A stretch of 64,000 nt of DNA from Felis catus. Taxonomy: Eukaryota. Each line of letters opens with the position of its first letter. The stretch's first letter is position 1. This document shows positions 12,708 to 35,200 of the stretch, in pieces. The stretch spans positions 16,616,001-16,680,000 of the forward strand of contig NC_058377.1 of assembly GCF_018350175.1 (NCBI RefSeq), written 5' to 3'. The notes under the pieces are model-generated. The model worked only from the letters and a program-made list of their open reading frames with translations, was not told the DNA's origin and searched no databases. The position numbers and the translations under genes were made by a program.

Positions 12708-13993
12708 GTCTGACAGCTTTCACAATCCCTTGAGAGAGATGGCATCTGCACCCTAATGCCCACCCCCCACCCCATATACGCACCACCGTCATCTAGTATG
12801 TAATCCAGGGACTTGTCCCCCACTGCACGGCTTCAGCTCCTTTCCTGTCTTCAAGTTGGCCTTTCGCCGCCAACCCCCCCCCCCCCCGTCCCGGGGCCAC
12901 ACCTGCGCTGGCTCCGGCCTCCGCGTCGCCGGCACCGCCGTCCCCTTCGCCTTGCTCGCCCCCCGCCGGCTGCGGGGCCGCGCGGGCCCTTTAAGAACAG
13001 CGGGACCGGCGAGCAGTAGCTGGGAGCAGAGCGCAGTCGCCCGGCGGGCTCGGGAGGACACAGCGCCCGGGACCGGGCTCCGGGAACCGGGCGTGCGCAG
13101 CCCAGCCGAGTCGGGGCGCGCCCCCCTCGCCCCTCCCCATCCTTGTCATCTCTCGGCGGACTGGGGCCCGGGCCCTCCCCAGTCGCCCGCCCCGCCCCGG
13201 CCCCGCCCCGGCCCGCGCCGCCGGGACCGGGAGCCGGGCCGCGGTGCCGCAGCCGGAGGCAGGTGAGAAGGGCCCGGAGTCTCCATCCCCGGCCCGCGGC
13301 AGCGCCAAGCTTCTCGGTCCGCACCGGCCCGGGGGCGCATCAAGGTGACTAGGCACGCGGGAGATGGGGAGGGGGGAGCCCGCCGCGGGAGGCTAGTTGG
13401 CGCGGCGGTGGAGGGGGGAGGTCTTGGGTGCGGGTGGTGCGGCCGCCGGGGCCCCGGGGCGCCAGCGGGAGGGGCGGGCCGGGCGTCGCGCCCGAGGATG
13501 GGGAGGGGGATGCTGCGGGAGGCCCAGAGCCTCCTCTTCCTCCGCCTCCCCCCCGGTCCGCCCTGCGCGCACCCGGCTACCCAGACCAGCTAGCGGGCAG
13601 CCTCCGCGGGCCGCCCCTTCCCTTCTCCCCGCTCCCCAACCCTCCAGTCCCCAGGGGCTGCTGGTCTGCGGGGTAAGGAGATTAGAGCCACCGCGGGGAG
13701 GGGGGAGCGGGTGAGGGCTTGTAGGGGTCGGGCTGCGGCCAGGCTGGAGCCGGAGCTGGGGCTGGCCGGACCGAGGAGAGGTCGGAACCGAGCGTTGCTG
13801 CGCCGGGAGTGGGGGGCAGGAGGGGGCAGACGCTCTGGCGGTGGGGAGTGGGGTGCTCTCCGTAGCAGATCTGCCCTGAGAAAGAGGCGGGGAGTGGGGG
13901 CGGGGGAGCATTAGAAGGCGAGGGAGGTTTGAGCCAAGGCTTGGGGGTCTCCGCCGAACCGAGCAGGCCCTCTCCCTGCAGGCCGGCGGCGTG

Positions 13994-25201
<11,208 letters not shown>

Positions 25202-26699
25202 AGCCTTGCCCTGGCCTGCGCCCCAGCCCCCGCAGCGGAAGCCCCCAGCCCCAGCCCTCTGGGACTGTTTTAACCTCGTAGACTTTGGCACTGGTTGCTG
25301 GTGCAGCCATCCTCCCCTCTCTCAGCTGCTCCACAGGCTGGCTGCTGGACTGCGCTCCCGGCCGTGGCCGTGGCAACCGGGGCTCCAGCCCTCCCCGCCA
25401 TGCCCAGGAGTCTTCCCCAGTTGATGCAGTTTGTAGCTTCCTCCCTAGTCCCTCCAACATCTGCATGCAAAGACCACTAGGAGGCTGCCGCCCTCCTTCC
25501 CGCCCTCGGCACCCTCCTCTGTTGTCTGCCTGGGAGCCCCAGGGTCTCCAGGCCCCCACTTACAACTGACCAAAGTGGCCTCCTCTGGGGGTCCCCGCCA
25601 CACAAGTGTTTGTAAACTGGACTGTTCTGAGGTTCAGGTTCCAGGGCTGGGCCCTGGTGGGGCCCCCTGGAAGTCCCATTTGGACACTGGAACGGAGCAG
25701 GGAAGGCTCTGGAAGTCTGTTCCTCCTCCTCCTCACCTTCTCCCCACCCCCAGACCTGGCCGCCTTGGACAATCTGCTGGGACAGAAGCTGGGTTTTCTG
25801 TCTGGGTCGCCCCTCCCAATCCTGGGGATTGGAGAGGCCTGGGGCCACGGGACGCCCCGTTTACCCTTCCCCGTCCCCTTTGGTGGGGGGAGGGTCTGGT
25901 GGCACCTCTGCAATAATGTTCGTGTTTCTCTCTCACCTGCCACTGGAACTGGAGAATGCACTTTATTCTGGGGCATGAGTAGGAGAAGACCAAGCTTCCT
26001 TTCTTGCTTCTCCTGCCCGGTCCTGCAAAACTCCCTCCCCTCCCCAGAGTTAACGGGCGCATACATGCGAACAGGCAATCTCAGACCTACACACACTCGC
26101 TGTCCGCCGTGGCTCCGAGGAGCGATGGTGGCAGTGGTGGCGGTGGGAGCTGCGGGAAGGGCAGTGCCGGCCTCCTCCTGGCCATGCCGCTTGGACTGTA
26201 AGGTTGAGGCTGGTGCTGCCCGGGGTGTCTCCAGGATCTGCAGGTGTCTACCCCCGAGTCTTCCTTCCCCTCCAAGTCAGGGGCGGCACAAGGCACTATC
26301 TCTCTGGAGTTCAGGAGCCAACACAAGCACAAGCACGGGCATCAGTTGGCCTTGGCCGCCTGCCACCCCCTGCCCCCTCTCTTGTGCGTCAGGCTGGTAT
26401 TCTCACTCTCTTACCCCTTCCCCAGCCGCTTGCTGCTCATTCAAACTCCCGTCTGGGTCTCTCCACACCCTTCCCATCAGCCAAGGCGGCCCCTGGGCAC
26501 CAGAGCGACAGACACAGAACCTGTCTGGCTGTTGTGGTAGGACCAAGGCTCATGCCGCTTCTGATCTCCCCTTCCCCCAGGGCTCTTTCCCGCCCCCCTG
26601 ATTTCTGTGCACATACCACTCTTCCTTCTCTTGTCCTGCCACGGATTCCCGCCATCACCCAGAGATGCCAGTTGTATTTGTGGGGTTTCACCCATTATT

Positions 26700-26705
26700 A
26701 ATAAA
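26700..26705 (+). terminator. Poly(A) signal of ABCG4 (AATAAA)
   Basis: First AATAAA after a roughly 1.5 kb 3'UTR. Confidence 0.75.
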
Positions 26706-27092
26706 ACCTATATTTATACAGTATGCGGTGTAGAAATGCGTACGGGCGTGGCACCCAGGACCACGGGCTGTGAGGGGTCTTCGAAGCACTTGAAAGGGGT
26801 CTGCGCGCTTTAGGGAGTTTGTGGCAGTGGGTGGTAAGCCAAGCCAGTACATGTCAAGGTAGCGAACGTATAGCATATAAAGTACCTGTATTATGCTTTA
26901 TATGTTACAAATGCTTTGTGTTCATTATCTCAAGAAAGTCCGATGCCGACTGTGCATCGTCCCTCATGATAACCCATTTTGCAGATGAGACAACTGAGAC
27001 CTGGGCTAAGTAACTTGCCCAGGGACCCTTAGCTAATGGAGGTGAAGCCAGATCTGGGAACCGGGTCTTCTGCCTCCAGACTCCTCATTCTT

Positions 27093-27320
27093 TTTTTTTT
27101 TAATTTGTTTTTCAACGTTTTTTATTTATTTTTGGGACAGAGAGAGACAGAGCATGAACGGGGGAGGGGCAGAGAGAGAGAGGGAGACACAGAGTCGGAA
27201 ACAGGCTCCAGGCTCCGAGCCATCAGCCCAGAGCCCGACGCGGGGCTCGAACTCACGGACCGCGAGATCGTGACCTGGCTGAAGTCGGACGCTTAACCGA
27301 CTGCACCACCCAGGCGCCCC
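27093..27320 (-). mobile_element. Young felid SINEC_Fc with perfect target-site duplication
   Basis: Felidae-type diagnostic sequence; cagactcctcattctt at 27077-27092 and 27321-27336. Confidence 0.92.
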
Positions 27321-27956
27321 CAGACTCCTCATTCTTCACACTGGCCAATGATGATGATGAGGGTGGACCCGCATGCTCTGTGTGGGTGCCTTGTGTCTGT
27401 TGCATGGGTGTGTTCTCGCCAAGTGATACAATGTCCCTCTCTTCAGAATTCACTGAGCCCCGGTTGTGCCTGGCGGGGCACGGGGGGGCGGGGGAGGGCA
27501 TCTAGTCAGTGGTCATAAAGGGCAGTGAGAAGCAGGAAAGACCCCGGAGCCTAAGCGCTAGGATGAGAATACCAGGTACCTCACCGAACTTACCCCAGCT
27601 TTCTCTTTTTCTTCCTCTCTTCTCTCCTGCCCCCCACCCCCCAGCCCCGTCCCTGAGCCACACTTAACCAGGGCCCAGCCATCAGCCATCAGGACTGGAC
27701 GTGGGTTGGTGGTCTGAGGTTTGCAGTAGACAACTGCCCAGAAGTCCTTGAAGGTTGGTGGCAAGGTGACCCAAGAAGCAGCACATTGTCTCACCCTCTT
27801 CCTTCCTGATGCTGACGCTTGGGGACTGAAGGAAGGGATTGACATTGACCCTGTCAGCTGCTAGGACTACCTTGCGTCTGCTACATGCAGAGCTAAGTGT
27901 CCCGGGCCAGATGAGGGTCTAGTCTATTACTGGTTGGGTGCCTGCCTGTAAATGGA

Positions 27957-27990
27957 CTTTTTAAAAAAATTTTTTAAATGTTTATTTACT

Positions 27991-28033
<43 letters not shown>

Positions 28034-28212
28034 CAGAGCACGAGTGGGGGAGGGGGAGAGAGAGAGGGAGACACAGACTCCAAAGCAGGCTCCAGGCGCC
28101 GAGCTGTCAGCACAGAGCCCGATGCAGGGCTCGAACCCATGAATTGTGAGATCATGGCCTGAGCCGAAACCAAGAGCCGGACGCTTAAGTGACTGAGCTA
28201 CCCAGGCACCCC
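27957..28212 (-). mobile_element. Can-SINE with expanded (GA)n
   Basis: SINEC body and long GA repeat. Confidence 0.88.
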
Positions 28213-30169
28213 TGGAGATGGACGTTATCGTGAGGGGTTCAGAGTGGTGGTGGGAAGTGGGAAGAGGTCAGAGTCCTAGCTTCTGGAACCCCAGCTAGCT
28301 TTAGGGGCCATGCTGGGTGCCGCCCTTTCCCTGGAGTAATGCCTGCAGGTGGCTTATTAAAATCAGAGGGCACAAAATCCCACCATTAAGCCGTCTTTCT
28401 TAAGATTCTTCATCTTTACTTTCTCTTTCAAAATGTAAATACTCCGAAAAGAGTAAAACATTTATAAACTCACACACTGGTAAGAGCCCTTGGGAGCTAC
28501 AGGAGACGAACAGCCATCCAGAGCCAGCAAGGGCCACTCAGGCCCAGAGAACATTTTGTAGAGTGGCTCAGGTCTTTGCAAAGAAAGCTCTTCCGATTCT
28601 TACAGTAACCCCATGAGGCCGCTGGGATGAGTATTATCATTTCCTCCTTTCACAGAGAAGAAAACCAAGGCTTGGAGAAGCAACTTGAGCAAACTCTCCA
28701 GATCCTGTCCTCTTGCCACTGTGAGCCACCTACGATTTCTCCCACCGGTCCCATCAACCTGCAGGGGTGTGCCCTCTGCCCGTCCCAGCATGCTTAGGAA
28801 TGGGCCTGCTCTCCCTGAGTGCCAGCCTCCCCGGACTCAGAGATCATTTCCTTCAATGCAGCCACCTTCTGTGCCAGGGCCCGTGCAAGGGGCTGGAGGG
28901 CAGAGATGATTAAGGCAGTTCTCCATGCTATGGGTCTACAGCACCTGGTGCCCCATCCTGAGGTTGGATGACAGAGCACATGCCCACAGCGTGACTCAGG
29001 GTACTTCTGTCCGCGAGATGCCGGTCAAATGATATGTTATTAATAAAGCCGACATGGCTGTCATACCCACTGGGGGTGGGGGAGGGGAATGGTTTGCTCG
29101 GAGCCGTGTCCAGTAACTGCAGCCGGGGGCCCTTCTGCCTCGCACGGCTAGGTAAGTGGAGTGAAGGGGGAAGAGTCCCCCAGGTCTGAAATGTCACCCC
29201 TGAGACCACATTCACAGCGTTGTCCCCCCCGCCCCCCTTCTTCTCCCCTTTCAGAGCTTCTCTTAAAATGAAAATGTGCTATTTCCCCTGCTGTTCTGGA
29301 ATGCCCTGCCCTTCCCTTCCTGGACTTACTTGAGATCCAACTCAAATGTCACCTTCTCTGTCAGAGGCAGTTAGTAACTTCCTGCCCCAGCCTTTCCAAA
29401 GGTTTCTGTCTGCCTCCGATGGACCATCATTTGGGCTAGCCGGAGGGGAGCGGCTACGGTCTGGACCCTGCGTGCCTTGTTCCGGTCGCTCAGAACTAAC
29501 CCCATACCATGTATTCAGTGAGTGAACATAGGCCTGTGTGTGTTCATGAAATGTCAACACTGTCTTCAGTCCGGATGGACAGTAGGGTTCACAAAGCCCT
29601 CTTCCCAGCCTGGCCTCAAGGTGCCTCTCTATGGCTTCCCTGTTGCACACCTCTGCTCGTGCACATCTCACACCTACGTTTGCAGGTGGAGGCGGGCCCT
29701 GGCTGTGGGCGGCGGGTGGCTGCTCTATCAGCTCCGTGGGTCCTGGGTGTGCCCTGTGTGGAGCCACAGGGATGAGAGTGAGGGCTTTGAGGACCAGGAA
29801 GCCCCAGGGCGAGGCCATGACAGGGCGCCAGACAAGAAGAGCAGGTTGGGGCGGGAGCGTATCCCTCATTCTTACTCCTTTCTTGATCAAAGTGACCAGA
29901 AGCCATACACAGAGGTCTGGGGGCTGAAGAGGGCCCGGTACAGAGGGAGGGCCCGCTAAGGCCTTGACTCGGCTGTCTGCCAGGAGGTAGGCTGAGGAGG
30001 TGAAGAGGCCCAGAGGGAAGAAATGCCCCGGGGACGGGTAGGTGCCTCAGGAGGGGTGAGGCCGGAAGATCTAGGCTTCCCGGCCCTTCCACTTCCTAAC
30101 TGGGTCAACCTGCGGGAGTCATCCCACCCTCTGAGCTGCAGTTCCTCGGTCTGTACAATGGGCACGACA

Positions 30170-30700
30170 GCAAGCCCCGCCCGAGAGGGGAGAAGTAATT
30201 GGATGGCACCGGCGCCTGGTAACCTGCAGAGGGCAGTCAGGGCGGCGGCGGCGGCGGGGCCACCCGGGATCGAGGCCCGGAGCCGCGGAGGGCGGGCAAG
30301 AAAGGGGGGGGGGGGTGACGCACCGGGACGTCCCCGCCCCGGGTCTGCTCGCCGCGGCGCCGGGCTCCGGGCGCCGTCCCCTTCCTCCGCGGGCCGCCGG
30401 GGTCCGGGCCGTCCTCCCCGCGGCCCGCGACCGGGGCCTGCTGCCGGGGCGGGCCGGGCTCCGCGCACGCGGGGCGGGGCGGGGCGGACGGGACGCGCCG
30501 AGCGGGGGCCTCTGGGAGGAAGCGGGAGCCGCCGGAGGCCCGCGGGTGAAGGCCCGGGCGGCGCCGAAGCCCCGCGCCCCCCGGCTGGGCCGCTGCTTCG
30601 GGGAGGTCAAGCCCGGGACCCGGAGGAGCGAGCGGGTGCGCTGAGCGGTGGGCTTGCCGGCAGCCTCTCCCCTTGGGCTCCGAGGCCAGCGGGAACGGGG
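30170..30700 (+). promoter_or_regulatory. NLRX1 CpG-island promoter
   Basis: CpG-rich with tandem GC boxes (ggggcggggcggggcgg near 30471-30487), about 1.6 kb upstream of the first coding exon. Confidence 0.8.
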
Positions 30701-32234
30701 AGAGCTGTTTGGGACCCAGTTTGGAGGGCGGGGAGGAGCTCTGAGCACAGCCCCCGTACTGTTCCTGCTGTGCCCGCTGCTTGGAAATGATCTTTGGAAA
30801 CTGCCCTCACCGCCGCCCCGCCTGCTCGGCGAGCCCCATCTTGAGGCAGTGGCCCTGGATCTGACTTTTTCCCACTGAGCTAGTTTCCCCGAGCTTTCTT
30901 CTCAGCTTTCCAGGGCCTTCTCTTAACCCTTCTCCAGCCCCTGGGACCTCGGCTCTGGCCCGGGCCGGCCGCTCCACCGGTGGGCCTTGCTGGTGGGTGG
31001 GCCCAAGCCCATTTCCCCTGCCCTGAACGTGTCCTGCCCTTAAGGAGCCACATCTCAGGGCAGACCAGGTACCAAATTAGCAGCACGCTCCATTTAAGGG
31101 GCATCAGGGTCCCAGGAGAGGAGACCTTGGAGCAGGGTCTTAAAAAATTGGGTAGGATTCCGGCAGGGGAGAAAGGCCATTTCAAGCCGAAGACAATGTA
31201 TGAACAGTTAGGACAGTTGACAGCAAGAATTTGGTGAGCCTGGCTACTGAGGTAGGGGTTGGGGGCAAACTGAAAAATAGCTTGTGTGGGCCAGGTGTTT
31301 GGACTCTTTACGTAACCCAGGATTGTAGGGAGGTGATTGGTGGCTGAGATGAGGGATTAGGCCGAGATGAGGGTGGGGTGAGACTGAAGGCAGAGAGCGG
31401 AGAAGGAGAAGAGGGTCCTCAGAAGTCGGCAGAGAATCTGAGGTAGCACAGAGGCAGTGCCATAGGAACAGGCTGGCAAAACGCTGGCACGAGGAGTCGG
31501 TAGGGCTGTTTCAAGTGTGTGAAGGGAGAAAGTGTTTCAAGACCCAAGAGGTCAGGTGCCTAGTATAAATGGTGTGCTTGGAAAGATAAAGCAATCAAGT
31601 AACTAAAAGGGGTGGGTGGGGGGGGGTGAGGAGTGTATGGGGGAAGCATGAAGCACAGGCAGGATGGCCATATGGAGATGTCAAGTAGGAAGTCATCCAT
31701 TCATTTATTATTTATGCCAGCCTCAAAGGCGGCTTACATAAAAGTCATAGAATAGATAAAGTGATGAAATCATTAAAACTCAGCCAACAGGACCTGAGAG
31801 CCGGGGAAAGTGGATAATTGTTACTTGAAAACGTCGGCTCAGAAAAGCCGTTGAAAATGCACACAGGACTCATCCGAGCCTGCTGGCAGCCAAGCGAAAA
31901 CGATGCCTAAATAAAGTAGTTCACCAGGCTGGAAGTCGAGAGAAAGGCATTCGTTGAAGGCTCAGGGGTAGTAGGAGATGAAACGGAATCCCTCGAGGAG
32001 GGGGTGTAGGGGAGGGAGTCGATCTGAAGCCAGGTCAAGGCTTTGGCAGTGCTGACATTTAAGGGAAGGCTGATGCTCCCTGAGGAGAAAGGCCTTTCTC
32101 TGGCCTGCACGGGGAGATGGGAGTGGGGAGGTGTGTGTGTGTGTGTGTGTGTGGTCCATTCACAGAAGTCTTCTTACAGGGGAACAGGATAGAAGGTGGC
32201 GTGCTAAGTCCCCCGGGCTCTGACCTTTCCTACC

Positions 32235-35200
32235 ATGTGGTGGGTTTGCCACTTGCCCAGGGCCTCTTGGGGCCCTGGTCTGGGAAGAGTACTCCAGCCA
32301 GCAGGTGAGCAGGAAGAAGCAGTTTCTGTTTCTACATTCCTCTTCAGGGTCCAGATGGTGTCTCCAAGAGTGCAGGGATCCAGACACCAGGTGTGCTAGC
32401 CCTAACTGTGCTTCAGGAGCTGTTGGCCTTGGGCAAGCCACCTCACCTCCCTGAGCTTCCTTTTTCCCATCCTAAAATAAGGGAGTCAAGCTAGATGACC
32501 TTTGAGGGTCCCCGTAGCTACAGGAGTCTAGGATCCCTTGTCTGGTTTCGTTTTGCGTTCAGCAGATATTTCTTAAGTATGTGCTATGTGCCAGACCCTG
32601 TGCTAGGTTCTAAGTATGTACTTATGAACCAAAACAGACGGAGTCCCTGCTCTCATGGAGGGGGTGGGGCAGAAATGTCTGTTAATCACATAATCATACA
32701 ACAAGATATAAAATTGCATGGTAACTGCTATAGAGGGGCAGAACACGATGTTAAGCGAACAAATGATGGGGGATTTAATGTAGACATGGAGTCTGTGTAT
32801 TGGTGGGAAAATGTGGGTGGGATCTGGGTGCTATTTCTTCCTTCCCCTTTCCCTCTGTAGATGGACGAATCCCCTTCCTGACCCACTGGAGTTGGCCCCA
32901 TAAAGGGGAGCGTCCCCTTGGGCTCTCTAGGTGAGGCCTCCACGCCATGCCTTAGAACACATCTGGGCATAGCTGAGTAGCCTGGGAAGGGGCAGGACTT
33001 GGAGAGATCTTGATCCCTCGGGAGTGAGATTGGTTTTCTGAGGGTGGGGAGGGTACAGCGTCAGCTACCAGGCCTGAGATGAAGTTGGTTTACATGATCT
33101 ACAGTACAAGCGACGGTGGGCAGCCAGAGGGAGGATCTGTGGGAAGTGGGTGGAGACTGGCAGTGGCCAGCCTGAGCTCCAGGCAGGCAGTCAGCAGAGT
33201 GGTGCGGGGGGGGGGGGGGGGGGGTGCAGTGAGCGGGACAAAGACCTCAGTCCCCGGGAAGGGTGTGAGAGTCTGATAAGGCTCTCGACTTGGGTATCCA
33301 GGGTCAGGCCTGGATCTCAGGAAGCTCGAAGTCCAGCAATTCAGACGGGCCTGGGTTCTGAGCCTGTGCAGAGGCTGAGCCCAGTAGCCGAGCCCCAGCT
33401 CAACCCTTCTTGCTCTCAGGGCCTTTATACGTCACCATGGAAGCTCAGCAGGCAGTGGTCCTCCATCCAGAAGGCATGGACAGCTGTTCCAGGACATCTC
33501 TGCATCTGGTAAAGAGACTGGCTGCTCAGTCAGCCTGAGGAGAGGGGCTGAATGGGATCCTAGTGATGGGGATTGATGGGGGGCGAGGGGGGGGGGAGTT
33601 GGGTCTGGAGGGAGAAGCAGGCAGGAAGAAGGAGGCAGAGAGGATCCGTCAACTCCCCTCACCCCATCGTCCACCTGTCCATGTATCCCTTCCTGCAACA
33701 CTTGTGCAGTATACTCTTAGCGCACTTAGCGTATACAAAGCACTTGTGGGGGGGGATATATCACATCTGCCCTCAACAAACCGGGGGTCTGACATTCAGG
33801 TGGAGATTGCGCACAGACAACCACACAACCAGTCAACCCAGGTTTGGTGTCACTTGTCTCAAGGCTCACCACTCTCTGCCATGGGCGTTCCAAACTCTCT
33901 GGACAGTCTTGTCTGAGGGTGTCCTCTATGCACAGCATCGTTCTGGGTCTCGGTATCCTGGTCCTGTGATTTGATTCTGCTGCCTGACCCTACCACCTCC
34001 CTGGCCAGCCCTAAGCTCCTGCATCTTCCAGCCCCTTTCCTTGACCCATTCCCCTTGCCTTCCCATCCAGAAGCTGTCCAGCACTATCGCCGGAATCTGG
34101 CCGAGTGGTTCAGCCGGCTGCCCAGAGAAGAGCGCCAGTTCGGCCCGACTTTTGCACTAGACACGGTCCATGTAGATCCTGTGATCTGCGAGAGCAGCCC
34201 AGATGAGCTGTTTCGCCCAACGGCAGAGCTGGCCCTGGAGCATCAGCCACCCCTAGCCGGTCTCCCCGCACTGGCTCTGTCCCAGCTCTTTGACCCAGAT
34301 GCCTGTGGGCGCCAGGTGCAGACAGTGGTGCTCTATGGGACAGTGGGCACGGGGAAGAGCACACTCGTGCGCAAGATGGTCTTGGACTGGTGTTATGGGC
34401 AGCTGCCAGCCTTCGAGCTGCTCATCCCCTTCTCCTGCGAGGATCTGTCATCCCTGGGCCCCGCCCCCGCCTCCTTGTGCCAACTTGTGGCTCAGCGCTA
34501 CACGCCCCTGAAGGAGATTCTGCCCCTGCTGGCTGCTGCTGGGTCCCGCCTGCTCTTTGTGCTCCATGGCTTGGAGCATCTCAACCTCGACTTCCGGTTA
34601 GCCGGAACAGGGCTTTGCAGTGACCCCGAGGAGCCAGAGGCACCAGCTGCCATCATTGTCAACCTGCTGCGCAAATACATGCTGCCCGAGGTGAGTGGCC
34701 CCCTGCCTCACCACTGCTGCCCCTAACTTGCCTCCTAAAGACTTGTGTGTCCCGAGCCCTCGTGTTTTATTGGTGTGGGGGCATAGGTTCTTGGTTAGTT
34801 CAAACCTGCTTCTCCACTTCCCAGCTGTGTGTCTTTAAGCCAGTCAGTAACTTCCCCAAGCTGTTCCTTCTCTCCTAGAGCTATACTCATCAACTGAGAC
34901 ACTGCATAGGAAGTACTTTAACACGGTGCCCTGGATCCTAGTGGAGGCTCAGTAATTGTTAGTTATAATTATTATAGTCGCCATCATTTTCTTTTTTTTT
35001 TTTTTTTAAGTTTTTATTTATTTGAGAAAGAGGGGGGAAGAGAGGGAGAGAGCGAATCCCAAGCAGGCTCTGCGCTGACTTGGGGCTTGAACCGATGAAC
35101 CATAAGACCGTGACCTGAGCCGAAGTTGGATGCTTAACCAACTGAGCCACCCGGGTGCGCTGTGGGCATCATCATTTCCATCCTGGGACACTCAATCTTC

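Noticed and set aside
25606-26601. 331-aa ORF downstream of ABCG4
   Set aside because: It lies in the GC-rich 3'UTR, has a non-ATG start and no recognisable domain, and is consistent with a chance ORF.
33420-33508. Apparent frameshift in the third NLRX1 coding exon, suggested by the ORF track frame
   Set aside because: Read in the correct phase it gives [30 protein letters not shown] over 89 nt, with the frame intact.
34545-34590. Degenerate Walker B ([10 protein letters not shown]) in the NLRX1 NACHT domain
   Set aside because: This is a known family-wide feature of NLRX1, not specific to this genome.
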